Of a DNA stretch of 64,000 nucleotides, positions 1 to 8,739 are shown one piece after another. Below the pieces are notes generated by a model. The model made no database searches, had not been told where the DNA came from, and worked only from the letters and a program-made list of their open reading frames with translations. Location of the stretch: assembly GCA_963676915.2 (NCBI GenBank), contig CAXXVK010000033.1, positions 18,809 through 82,808 of the forward strand, read 5' to 3'. The position numbers and the translations under genes are program-made. Each line of letters opens with the position of its first letter. Positions within the stretch are counted from its first letter, which is position 1. This DNA comes from Myxococcota bacterium. Lineage in GTDB: Bacteria > Myxococcota_A > SURF-8 > G963663525.

Positions 1-813
1 TCCGGCGACTTTTACTGTATCGAGAATCGATCCGTAGCCATTTGCGAGGGCGGCACATACCTACAATATGAATGCGATGCTTTTTGCGAAAGCGCCTATG
101 GGGAAGGCTATGTTTCCGATGGCTGCAACGCGCAAGATCCCGACGATTTCTGCTCCTGTGTGGAAAAAAATTGTATTGAAGACGGTCCGGTGGCTTGTGA
201 CGAAGACGGACAGTTGGTAACCTGTGAAGAGGGTGAACTCAAGACGGTTTCCTGCTGGAACGAGTGCCCGCCGTACCCGGAAGAAGATTATTCTTTGGCT
301 CTCGTCGATGCGTATTGCGATGACGATGCGGAAGGTCTGTGTGTCTGTGAATACGATACTTTCGACGGTGGAATGTACGAATGCTATCCTGAAGATAAAC
401 AGTGCAAAGACTCAAATACCCTGTTGGTCTGCAACGATGATTTTTACTATGAGGAAATCTCCTGCGAAGACTACTGTGCTCAGGAGTTTGGACCGGAATA
501 TTTCTCCTGGGGTTGCGATATCGAGGCTGAAGACCCCTGCCAGTGCGAATACGGTATGACGCCCGGAATCATCGCTTCTTGCACACCCGGAGAAGTCTAT
601 TGTCCCAGCCTTCAGCATGTGGCGATTTGCGAAGCGGGAATGGATGCGCACATGATCTTTACCTGCGAGGAATACTGCGTTCGGTATTTCGGTGAGGACG
701 CTTATCCCACAGAAGCATGTGACGAGACGAATTCCTCGAACGTATGTAGTTGTGAGACAGGAATGATCGATGGAGACATGGCGCGGGTGCTGCCCTCGGA
801 CCTGAAAAAATAA
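1..813 (+). CDS. Cys-rich, acidic repeat protein, 5'-truncated by window edge (probably secreted)
   Basis: Frame 1 is open from base 1 (SGDFYCIENRSVAICEGG...) into ORF 160..813; 4-5 units of ~55-65 aa with ~8 Cys each, ending C-x7/8-C-x-C. Confidence 0.75.
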   Translation, partial: SGDFYCIENRSVAICEGGTYLQYECDAFCESAYGEGYVSDGCNAQDPDDFCSCVEKNCIEDGPVACDEDGQLVTCEEGELKTVSCWNECPPYPEEDYSLALVDAYCDDDAEGLCVCEYDTFDGGMYECYPEDKQCKDSNTLLVCNDDFYYEEISCEDYCAQEFGPEYFSWGCDIEAEDPCQCEYGMTPGIIASCTPGEVYCPSLQHVAICEAGMDAHMIFTCEEYCVRYFGEDAYPTEACDETNSSNVCSCETGMIDGDMARVLPSDLKK

Positions 814-1087
814 AACGCTTACGGTAAGCCTAGCTTATTCTAAAGGGGGAGATTTCGGTCATTTTTGCAAAATGGTCTGTGATTCTCTGCATTTCTGCGT
901 CAATTCTCATAATCGGTAGGGCTGTTCACCAAAACATAAAATCTCAATTCTTATATCAAATCGTACTTTCTTGCGTGTAGTACGCAATATCCGAATTGAA
1001 ATGCAAGCCAAAGTATGGTACACCTTATTTGTAGGGTGAATATCAAGGTTTCGTGGTGTTTGGTAAAATAAACGAAGGCATCGTTTT

Positions 1088-1131
1088 CGTCTGCTGGGGG
1101 GACTAGCAAACCCGGCGACGTTTTTCTTTTT
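1088..1131 (+). terminator. Terminator-like hairpin plus U-tract in the leader of the apbE-rnf operon
   Basis: CGTC(T)GCTGGG 1088-1098 pairs with CCCGGCGACG 1111-1120, followed by TTTTTCTTTTT. Confidence 0.4.
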
Positions 1132-1143
1132 GAAGGTTTTTAT

Positions 1144-2283
1144 ATGAAAATGAAACAGCCGTTTTCCGTTAGTGCCAACGGTACGATGATCGGGCTGGCC
1201 CTCTTTTTTTCGTTGCTGGTCATGTTTGCTTTGTGGCAACTGGATTCTCCGAAAGAGAAGGAATCTCCTTCCTCCGATACGGTTTCCTCTACGTCCACTC
1301 CTAAAAAAGAGGATTGGTTCGAGTATAAAAAAAGCCTGTACCACGGAATTCCTTCTCGGATTCTGTTTCGTTTCGAACATCGAGACGAAGCACGGGCGAC
1401 GGAGTTGTCCCGAAAAGCTTGGGAAGAGTTCGAGCGGATCGGCCAGGTATTCAATCCTTTCGATCCCCAAAGTGAAACCGGAAAACTGAACCGAAGGACA
1501 TCTTCGAAAGGCGTTCGTGTCTCGGAGGATGTTCAAAAGGTTTTGCAGGATATCGCGACGCTTTACAAGGCATCGGAAGGAGCTTTCGATCCTACGTTGT
1601 GGCCGATCAAACGTTTATGGAGAGATGCCGTAGAAAGGCAAAGAATTCCCAAGGACGAAGAACTGGCCGAAGCGGTCGAGAAAACGGGATTCGACAAGGT
1701 TCACGTATACGAGGAAGGATTCCCGAAACTCGATCTCGATCGGGATGACTTGACGTTCGATTTCGGAGGAATCGCCAAGGGATACGCCGTGGATCGCGTT
1801 CGTAACCTGCTTAAAGCCGAAGGCGCTGGGGCGGGGCTTGTGCAGTGTGGTGGGGAAATTGCCACATTCGGTGAAAAATCCGATGGCTCCTGGGTGATTG
1901 GCGTACAGCATCCCAAAGATTTACGTGCCTTGTGGGGAACGGTGAATTCCAAGACGGAGTTGCGTGTCTCCACCAGCGGAAACTATCGACAGCCGTTGTT
2001 GATTGGTGAAAAACGTTTTTACCACATTTTCGATCCAAGAAATGGTCGTCCCGTGCAGGAGAAAATCGCAGGGGTGACGGTCGCCAGTTTCGACGCGAAC
2101 GTTTCCAACGCTCTGCTCGATGCATTGGCAACCTCCATAACAGTGCTTGGATCGAAAAAAGGTTTGGAATTGGCGAAGCATTTCGGCGTGGAAGCCCTGA
2201 TTCTCGTAAACGACGGAGATAGCCTCGTGGAAGTCGTCAGCGACGGTTTCGCCAGCCATTTCCGAAAAAGGAAGCATTCCTGA
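1144..2283 (+). CDS. apbE: FAD:protein FMN transferase (ApbE)
   Basis: N-terminal TM; GAFDPT, FDFGGIAKGYAVD, STSGNY, YHIFDPRNG and DALATS motifs; sits upstream of rnf, whose RnfD/RnfG need FMNylation. Confidence 0.93.
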   Translation: MKMKQPFSVSANGTMIGLALFFSLLVMFALWQLDSPKEKESPSSDTVSSTSTPKKEDWFEYKKSLYHGIPSRILFRFEHRDEARATELSRKAWEEFERIGQVFNPFDPQSETGKLNRRTSSKGVRVSEDVQKVLQDIATLYKASEGAFDPTLWPIKRLWRDAVERQRIPKDEELAEAVEKTGFDKVHVYEEGFPKLDLDRDDLTFDFGGIAKGYAVDRVRNLLKAEGAGAGLVQCGGEIATFGEKSDGSWVIGVQHPKDLRALWGTVNSKTELRVSTSGNYRQPLLIGEKRFYHIFDPRNGRPVQEKIAGVTVASFDANVSNALLDALATSITVLGSKKGLELAKHFGVEALILVNDGDSLVEVVSDGFASHFRKRKHS

Positions 2284-2744
2284 TGATCGCCAAAGGAAAA
2301 GTCATAGCTCATAGTGGGGAGTTGGCGACGATCAAGGTTTGCCATGGGGAATATTGCGTAGGTTGCGGGATGCACGATCCGACCCAGACCCATGTAGAAT
2401 TCGAAGCGGAAGATCCTATTGGCGTCGAAGTGGGGCAGCATGTGGAGTTCGAAGCCAAAAAAGGGCGAATGTTCTTTGCCGTCTTGCTGGTTTTCTGGCT
2501 GCCGCTTTTGTTTCTGGCTTTGGGAGCCGGAATCGGGTATGGATTCGCGTCGGCGCTGGAAATGACGAATAGTTGGTTGCCGATAATCTTCACGGCTGTG
2601 TTTTTCGTACTGGGGATCGTGATTGTATATTTCGTGGGGAAAAAGACCAAGGCTGGAGCGGGAATGGTCGTGCTGCGTGTTGTACCCGCCGGATCGGCCT
2701 GTCATCATAAAACAGGGGAACGCGAAACCGAGGCTGCAACGTAA
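2283..2744 (+). CDS. RseC/MucC family membrane protein
   Basis: N-terminal C-x4-C-x2-C, VEVGQHVE beta segment, two TM helices; typical rnf/rsx neighbour. Confidence 0.8.
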   Translation: MIAKGKVIAHSGELATIKVCHGEYCVGCGMHDPTQTHVEFEAEDPIGVEVGQHVEFEAKKGRMFFAVLLVFWLPLLFLALGAGIGYGFASALEMTNSWLPIIFTAVFFVLGIVIVYFVGKKTKAGAGMVVLRVVPAGSACHHKTGERETEAAT

Positions 2745-2789
2745 CGTCTTGGAATCGTAGCACTTCGACCATCGCGGAAGGATGGTTCT

Positions 2790-4112
2790 ATGGCTCATAC
2801 ATTCAGAGGTGGGGCGAGCGTAAAGCACGAAAAACATCGGACCGAGGGTAAACCCATTGAACGGATGCCCTGTCCGTCGTTGCTGATGATTCATACCGTG
2901 CAACATATCGGAGCGCCCAATCAGCCCCTTGTTGAAAAAGGGGACGAAGTGAAAAAGGGGCAGAAACTCGCGGGAGCCGAGGCTTTCGTTTCTGCGCCCG
3001 TGCATGCTCCGAGTTCGGGAATCATTAAGGAAATCAAGGATGTGGTGCATCCCGTACTTGGAAAGGGCAGGGCGATCATCCTGGAAACCGATGGTCGTGA
3101 CGAATGGGCCGAAGGTCTTCCCGCCGATCGGGATTGGAAAACGATGGACGCCCAAGCGCTTCGGGATGCTGTGAAAGAAGCCGGAATCGTCGGTTTGGGT
3201 GGAGCGACGTTTCCCACACACGTTAAAATCACACCGCCGGAAGACATGACCATCGAGCATCTGTTGATCAACGGGGCCGAATGCGAGCCTTATTTGACCA
3301 GCGATGACGCTATTATGCGGGAGCGTTCGGAAGATATCGTTATCGGGATCGAAATCCTTCAAAAAGTACTCGGTGCGAAAGACGTGGCGGTGGGTATCGA
3401 AAACAACAAGCCCCATGCCATCGATATCATGACCAAAGCATGTAAAAGACTGCCCGATTGCCGGGTTGTAGCGCTGCCGTCCAGATATCCGCAAGGTGCG
3501 GAACGAAGCCTGATCAAAGCACTGATCGGTAAGTGGCTTCCTGGAGGAAAACTGCCGATGTCCATCGGTGTCGTGGTGCAGAATACGACGACCTGTGCCT
3601 CTATCGCCGATGCGGTGATACGTGGAATTCCAATCCTTGAAAAAGTGGTAACCGTCTCTGGCGAATGTGTGACCGAGCCGAAAAATGTGCTTGCGCCCAT
3701 CGGAGCGACCTGGAAAGACCTGCTCGATTTTTGCGGTGGGCTTAAAGAAGAACTCGGTCGCCTTGTCATGGGTGGTCCCATGATGGGAATTTCTCAGAAC
3801 GGATTCGATATCCCATTGGTCAAAGGGACCAGCGGTCTGCTGGCCTTGTCTAAAAAGGAAATCGAACGAAAAGAGGAAGGCCCGTGCATTCGTTGCGGCA
3901 ATTGCGTCAAATCCTGCCCTATGGGATTGGAACCGCTGGACTGGCCGGTATTGGCTCGCAAGCGAAAATGGACGGAAGCAGAGGAAAAACGGGTGCTTGA
4001 ATGTGTGGAGTGCGGTAGCTGCGAGTATGTATGTCCGGCGAATCGCCACATCTTGCAGTCCGTAAAACTGCTCAAAACGAGCGTTCGGGATATGCAGCGA
4101 GAGAAAAAATAA
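2790..4112 (+). CDS. rnfC: Rnf complex subunit C
   Basis: QHIGAP, GIVGLGGATFPTHVK, NGAECEPYLT, YPQGAE, two 4Fe-4S motifs CIRCGNCVKSCP and CVECGSCEYVCP. Confidence 0.96.
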   Translation: MAHTFRGGASVKHEKHRTEGKPIERMPCPSLLMIHTVQHIGAPNQPLVEKGDEVKKGQKLAGAEAFVSAPVHAPSSGIIKEIKDVVHPVLGKGRAIILETDGRDEWAEGLPADRDWKTMDAQALRDAVKEAGIVGLGGATFPTHVKITPPEDMTIEHLLINGAECEPYLTSDDAIMRERSEDIVIGIEILQKVLGAKDVAVGIENNKPHAIDIMTKACKRLPDCRVVALPSRYPQGAERSLIKALIGKWLPGGKLPMSIGVVVQNTTTCASIADAVIRGIPILEKVVTVSGECVTEPKNVLAPIGATWKDLLDFCGGLKEELGRLVMGGPMMGISQNGFDIPLVKGTSGLLALSKKEIERKEEGPCIRCGNCVKSCPMGLEPLDWPVLARKRKWTEAEEKRVLECVECGSCEYVCPANRHILQSVKLLKTSVRDMQREKK

Positions 4113-4201
4113 TACGAGTGTGTCCTTGTTGAGTGTGTCGGACTTTACGATTCGAGGTAGTTCGGCTGTTTTATCCAATTTTGGATCAAAAAGGAGGAGT
4201 G

Positions 4202-4699
4202 ATGAAAACGAAATGGTGGATGATGATGTTGGTGCTGTTCTCGGTTCTGGCGTTGGCCGTGGGTTGCGGCGACGATGACGACGACGAACCGGGTGGAGAT
4301 ACCGATCAGGTCGTGGGCGATGAGGACAACACGACCGGTGGTGACGAAGATGTAACGGCAGGTGATGAGGATGAAGTCACCGAAGAGGCTACCGAAGAGG
4401 AAGCCGAAGAGCAAGGCGAGCCGTTGCAGTGTTCCGATCCCCTGATCATGGACGGTGGTTATGGCGGTCTGATGGAAACCGACTGCGATACCATCGTTGG
4501 TGCCTGCGAGAACGCATTGACCGATGGCGATGCTTATTATCCCTGCGTGGATGATCCCGACTGTTGTTGCAATCCCGATGGAACCTCGTTCGATATCGGT
4601 GGCGGCACGATGGCTTATCCCTGCGAAAACGATTCCTGCACGGATGATGGCTACTGCGATTCGACCTGCCCGGATACCGTCGATCCGGACTGTCAATAA
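4202..4699 (+). CDS. Acidic Cys-rich lipoprotein inserted in the rnf operon
   Basis: AGGAGGAG RBS then ATG 4202; signal peptide with lipobox LAVG-C; GDED-rich linker; 12-Cys C-terminal domain with two DPDC motifs. Confidence 0.8.
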   Translation: MKTKWWMMMLVLFSVLALAVGCGDDDDDEPGGDTDQVVGDEDNTTGGDEDVTAGDEDEVTEEATEEEAEEQGEPLQCSDPLIMDGGYGGLMETDCDTIVGACENALTDGDAYYPCVDDPDCCCNPDGTSFDIGGGTMAYPCENDSCTDDGYCDSTCPDTVDPDCQ

Positions 4700-4710
4700 G
4701 CTTGGACCGT

Positions 4711-4742
4711 TTCCGGGTGGGAACGTTGTTTCCCACCCGGAA
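4711..4742 (+). promoter_or_regulatory. Perfect 13-bp intra-operon RNA hairpin (stabiliser or attenuator)
   Basis: TTCCGGGTGGGAA-cgttgt-TTCCCACCCGGAA between the lipoprotein stop and rnfD; only a short U-tract follows. Confidence 0.6.
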
Positions 4743-4765
4743 TTTCCAACGGAAAGGGGCATTTC

Positions 4766-5794
4766 ATGGCGGAACCGACCCCCGTTGCCGCGCAGCACGA
4801 GGACAGGCTGTATGCTTCGTTGCTGACCGTCGCGAGCGCTCCCCATGTCAAGGCGAAGGAAACGATTCCAAAAATCATGTGGACCGTTAATGCCACCCTG
4901 TTGCCTGTGGCAGCTTGGGCGGTGTATGTGTTCGGTCTGCGTGCGCTATGGCAGATGCTGCTTTGCACGGCTACGGCGATGGCGACCGAAGCTGTTATCC
5001 AGAGAATACGTGGAATGAAGCGAAGTTGGTGGGATGGCAGCGCCTTCTTGACCGGCTTGCTGCTGGCCATGTGCATTCCCGTGGGGTTGCCGTTCTGGAT
5101 GTCGGTGTTGGGTGTCGTGTTTGCCATTTCCATTGTCAAACATGTTTTCGGAGGGTTGGGGCAGAACATTTTCAACCCCGCTCATGCCGGACGGGCGTTT
5201 TTGTTGGCTTCGTTCCCGGTGCAGATGACCACATGGTCAGTGATGACCTCGAAAGCCGCCGGAGCTGTTGACGGCGTGACGACCGCGACTCCGTTAGGTA
5301 TTTGGGGCGAGCACGGCATGAAAGCGCTGCTCGATACGATGGGTAGCCGAAGCGAATTGTATGCTTCCCTGTTTTTCGGTCAGGTCAATGGTTCCATCGG
5401 CGAAGTGTCGGCGTTGCTGATTTTGCTCGGTGGAGCAGTGTTGATTTTCAAACGCTATATTTTCTGGCAGGGACCGGTGTTTTACATCGGTACTGTCGCT
5501 CTTTTAGGTTGGATTCTAGGTGGTCCCGGTTGGTTTGACGGCGATCCGCTGTTTCATGTCCTGTCCGGTGGCCTGATGATCGGTGCGTTCTACATGCTTA
5601 CCGATATGGTGACCTCACCGGTAACGGCTCGGGGGCAGATCATTTTTGCCGTCGGTGCGGGAATTCTGGTGATTCTGATTCGGCGTTTCGGTGGGTATCC
5701 CGAGGGGGTGTGTTACTCGATTTTGTTGATGAACGCCGTTACTCCGCTGATCGATCGTTTTATCAAGCCTGCCCAGTTCAAGGAGGAATCATGA
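4766..5794 (+). CDS. rnfD: Rnf complex subunit D
   Basis: SAPH, DGSAFLTGLLLA, KHVFGGLGQNIFNPA, FMN site DGVTTATPL, TDMVTSP, GYPEGV. Confidence 0.96.
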   Translation: MAEPTPVAAQHEDRLYASLLTVASAPHVKAKETIPKIMWTVNATLLPVAAWAVYVFGLRALWQMLLCTATAMATEAVIQRIRGMKRSWWDGSAFLTGLLLAMCIPVGLPFWMSVLGVVFAISIVKHVFGGLGQNIFNPAHAGRAFLLASFPVQMTTWSVMTSKAAGAVDGVTTATPLGIWGEHGMKALLDTMGSRSELYASLFFGQVNGSIGEVSALLILLGGAVLIFKRYIFWQGPVFYIGTVALLGWILGGPGWFDGDPLFHVLSGGLMIGAFYMLTDMVTSPVTARGQIIFAVGAGILVILIRRFGGYPEGVCYSILLMNAVTPLIDRFIKPAQFKEES

Positions 5795-6417
5795 GCGCCG
5801 AAGCCCATGCAAGTCATGCTCCGCAGGATGAGGCGGGGATACTCCGAATTGCTCTCAATCTGGGGGCAGCGGGAATGCTGGCCGGGGTGATTCTGGCCAC
5901 TGTGAATTATTTTACACAGCCGATTCGGCTGGAAAACGAGCGTATCGCTCAGGAAAATGCCCGCAAAACCGTGTTGCCTGCCGCCGAAACGTTTCAGGTT
6001 ATCGAAGGTCTGAACGGCTGGTTTTATGGTCTGGACGCCAAAGGCAACAGTGTGGGGTACGTGCTACCCGTTGTCCAACGTGGGTACGACGGAAACATCC
6101 ACATGACCCTCGGTGTAGACAAGGCGTTTTCGGTGGTGGACTACAAGATCCTTAAGGATCGTGAGACCCCCGGGCTTGGGGCGAAGGCCAAAGAACCGTT
6201 TTTCCGCGAGCGTTTCAAGGGAAAAACAAAGGATCAACTCGATGTCGACAAAGTACCGGTAGAGGGCAAAATCCTGGCGATTACCGGGGCGACGATCACA
6301 TCCCGTGCCATTGCCAACGGCATCAAGAGCAACCTCGAAACGTTGGAAAAACTGGCGTCGGAGGATTTCAAAAACATTCCGGCTGAGATGAAAAAGGGAG
6401 GGGGAACGCATGAGTGA
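5791..6417 (+). CDS. rnfG: Rnf complex subunit G
   Basis: ATGA overlap with rnfD; N-terminal TM, GYDGNI, ETPGLG, FMN motif ITGATITS. Confidence 0.93.
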   Translation: MSAEAHASHAPQDEAGILRIALNLGAAGMLAGVILATVNYFTQPIRLENERIAQENARKTVLPAAETFQVIEGLNGWFYGLDAKGNSVGYVLPVVQRGYDGNIHMTLGVDKAFSVVDYKILKDRETPGLGAKAKEPFFRERFKGKTKDQLDVDKVPVEGKILAITGATITSRAIANGIKSNLETLEKLASEDFKNIPAEMKKGGGTHE

Positions 6418-7132
6418 GTTGCAAACCCTGAACCCCGTAACCCAGGAAACCTTGCCTTTCCGTGGTTCGAGACAGACCACGTTGAGAGGATTGGTACGGG
6501 ACGGCATTTTAAGCAAAAATCCCGTGTTCGTGCTGGCGCTTTCGCTTTGTCCTGCCGTGGCGGTGACAAGTGAAGTGAAGACCGCTTTCGGCATGGGTGT
6601 GGCGGTGCTTTTCGTTATTAGTTTCAATAACTTGTTTACGTCGATTTTCCGCAACGTGATTCATCCGAAGGTCAAGGTTCCGGCTTATATTTCGATCATC
6701 GCTACGCTGGTGACGCTTTCTCAGCTATTCATGTCGGCCTTTTTTCCAGGCTTGTATGCCGATCTCGGGGTTTATCTGGCTTTGATCGTCGTGTTCGCCA
6801 TCATCCTGGCTCGTGCCGAGGTCTTCGCTTCGAAAAATACCCCGCTTCCGGCCTTTATGGATGGGTTGGGGATGGGCTTGGGCTTTTTAACGGCCATGGT
6901 GATTACCGGTGGTATTCGGGAACTTCTCGGAACCGGCACGTTTTTAGGTTATCCCGTGTTCGGTGAACACTACCAGCCGATTTTGATGGTGATTCTCGCT
7001 CCCGGCGGATTCATTACCATCGGGTTGTTGATCGGTCTGTTTCGGACGTTGGGAGATTGGCTGGACAAGCGAAAGGTTGCGGCAACGGTTCAACGGGAAA
7101 CCGCAAGCGGCGAGGAGGTGAGCCATGGGTGA
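6410..7132 (+). CDS. rnfE: Rnf complex subunit E
   Basis: NPVFVLALSLCPAVAVT, ARAEVFASKN, DGLGMGLGF, IRELLG. Confidence 0.95.
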   Translation: MSELQTLNPVTQETLPFRGSRQTTLRGLVRDGILSKNPVFVLALSLCPAVAVTSEVKTAFGMGVAVLFVISFNNLFTSIFRNVIHPKVKVPAYISIIATLVTLSQLFMSAFFPGLYADLGVYLALIVVFAIILARAEVFASKNTPLPAFMDGLGMGLGFLTAMVITGGIRELLGTGTFLGYPVFGEHYQPILMVILAPGGFITIGLLIGLFRTLGDWLDKRKVAATVQRETASGEEVSHG

Positions 7133-7718
7133 GGCATTTCTCGAATATGCGGCGCTGTTTTTGTCGGCTGTGTTGATCAACAATTTCGTTTTGACGCGCT
7201 TTTTGGGGCTTTGCATCTTTTTTGGCGTGTCGAAAAGTTTCGATGCCAGTGCGGGAATGGGAATCGCGGTCACGGCGGTGATGGTTATTGCTTCTCTGTT
7301 GGGGTGGCTCGTTTACTATATGGTGCTGATTCCGCTGGAGTTGGAGTTTTTCACGACGATCTGTTTCGTGATCATCGTGGCATCCACCGTCCAGATGCTG
7401 GATATCGTGACACGAAAATTCGTACCGACATTGCACGCCATGTGGGGAATTTACCTGATGTTGATCGCCACCAACTGCGTGGTGCTGGCCATTCCGCTGA
7501 TCAATGTCGAGAACGGTTTTTCCTTTTTCAAATCCCTGGTTAACAGTGTGGGTGCGGGTGTCGGTTTTGCGCTGGCGATGATCCTGATGTCCAGCATTCG
7601 CGAAAAACTGCAATACAGCGACGTTCCCAAACCTTTCGAAGGTTTGGGGATCGCTTTTGTGACGGCCGGGCTTTTGTCATTGGCCTTTCTGGGCTTTTCC
7701 GGCATGATTGCCGTATGA
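7125..7718 (+). CDS. rnfA: Rnf complex subunit A
   Basis: NNFVLTRFLGLC, GIYLMLIATNCVVL, IREKL, LAFLGFSG. Confidence 0.95.
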   Translation: MGEAFLEYAALFLSAVLINNFVLTRFLGLCIFFGVSKSFDASAGMGIAVTAVMVIASLLGWLVYYMVLIPLELEFFTTICFVIIVASTVQMLDIVTRKFVPTLHAMWGIYLMLIATNCVVLAIPLINVENGFSFFKSLVNSVGAGVGFALAMILMSSIREKLQYSDVPKPFEGLGIAFVTAGLLSLAFLGFSGMIAV

Positions 7719-7788
7719 ATTTCGTTTCGTAAGTTTTTTCAAGAACTTGTCGAAACGGAACGACGAACGGGTAACGTAGGAGATCGAC

Positions 7789-8697
7789 ATGCTACATGCG
7801 GCAGGGTTGATATTGGTGCTGGCTGGAATCGCGACTGCGCTGGGGCTGTTGTTGGCTCTGGCGGATAAAAAACTGGCGGTTCCCTATGATCCGCTGATCG
7901 ACGAGGTGGAAGAGGAACTTCCGAAAGGTCAGTGCGGAAACTGCGGTTTCGCCGGATGCCGTCAATATGCCGAAGCGGTGGTATCTCGCGATGACGTTCC
8001 GGCCAACCTCTGCATTCCGGGTGGTCCCGATGTGGCGGCGATTGTCGGTAAACTGACCGGCAAGGATGCGGGTGAGATGGTGAGGCAAGTGGCGGTGGTG
8101 TTCTGTCAGGGGGCATTGGACGACACGGCCCGCCGGACGCATCTATACGACGGACTGGACGACTGCGCCGCTGCCGATATGCTCTATGCAGGTGAAAAGG
8201 CCTGTGAATACGGTTGTTTGGGTCTTGGAAACTGTGCGCGTGCATGTCCCGAAAACGCCATTACGATGAATGCACAACGTTTGCCGGAAGTTCATCCCGA
8301 ACGCTGTATCGGTTGCGGAATCTGCGTTAGAACCTGTCCTCGGGGCGTTATTGGCTTGCTGCCGGAGACCAGTCTTGCAGTTGTGAAATGTCGCAATCAC
8401 GAATTGGGCAAGAATACGCGGACACAATGCGACCGTGGGTGCATCGGATGTCGGCTGTGCATTCGTACCTGTCCGCACGAGGCGATTTCTTTGCAAAAGA
8501 ACCTCGCCGTGGTCGATAGCGCCGTGTGTAAGACCTGCGAACTGCCGGTTTGTCTCGTTGTTCGCTGTCGCCCGAACGCGATTCAACCGTATTACGGCGT
8601 AGATGTCCCCGACATCGAGCCGCCCAAACCGCGATCGATCAAAAAGAAAAAGAAAACGGAAGAATCCCCGAATACCGAGGCTGTGCAGGAATCTTAG
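7789..8697 (+). CDS. rnfB: Rnf complex subunit B (polyferredoxin)
   Basis: N-terminal TM, LPKGQCGNCGFAGC, CEYGCLGLGNCARACP and further CxxCxxCxxxCP clusters. Confidence 0.94.
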   Translation: MLHAAGLILVLAGIATALGLLLALADKKLAVPYDPLIDEVEEELPKGQCGNCGFAGCRQYAEAVVSRDDVPANLCIPGGPDVAAIVGKLTGKDAGEMVRQVAVVFCQGALDDTARRTHLYDGLDDCAAADMLYAGEKACEYGCLGLGNCARACPENAITMNAQRLPEVHPERCIGCGICVRTCPRGVIGLLPETSLAVVKCRNHELGKNTRTQCDRGCIGCRLCIRTCPHEAISLQKNLAVVDSAVCKTCELPVCLVVRCRPNAIQPYYGVDVPDIEPPKPRSIKKKKKTEESPNTEAVQES

Positions 8698-8739
8698 CAT
8701 AGAGATTCGAGGAACAAACCCGAACCGGATGAGGCATTC

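Noticed and set aside
1060-1120. c-di-GMP-I riboswitch (GGGAC..GCAAA-like words)
   Set aside because: Lacks the GNRA-loop P2 and receptor P3 arrangement; kept only as an unassigned structured leader
2019-4178. 719-aa minus-strand ORF
   Set aside because: Antisense shadow of apbE-rseC-rnfC with no recognisable motifs
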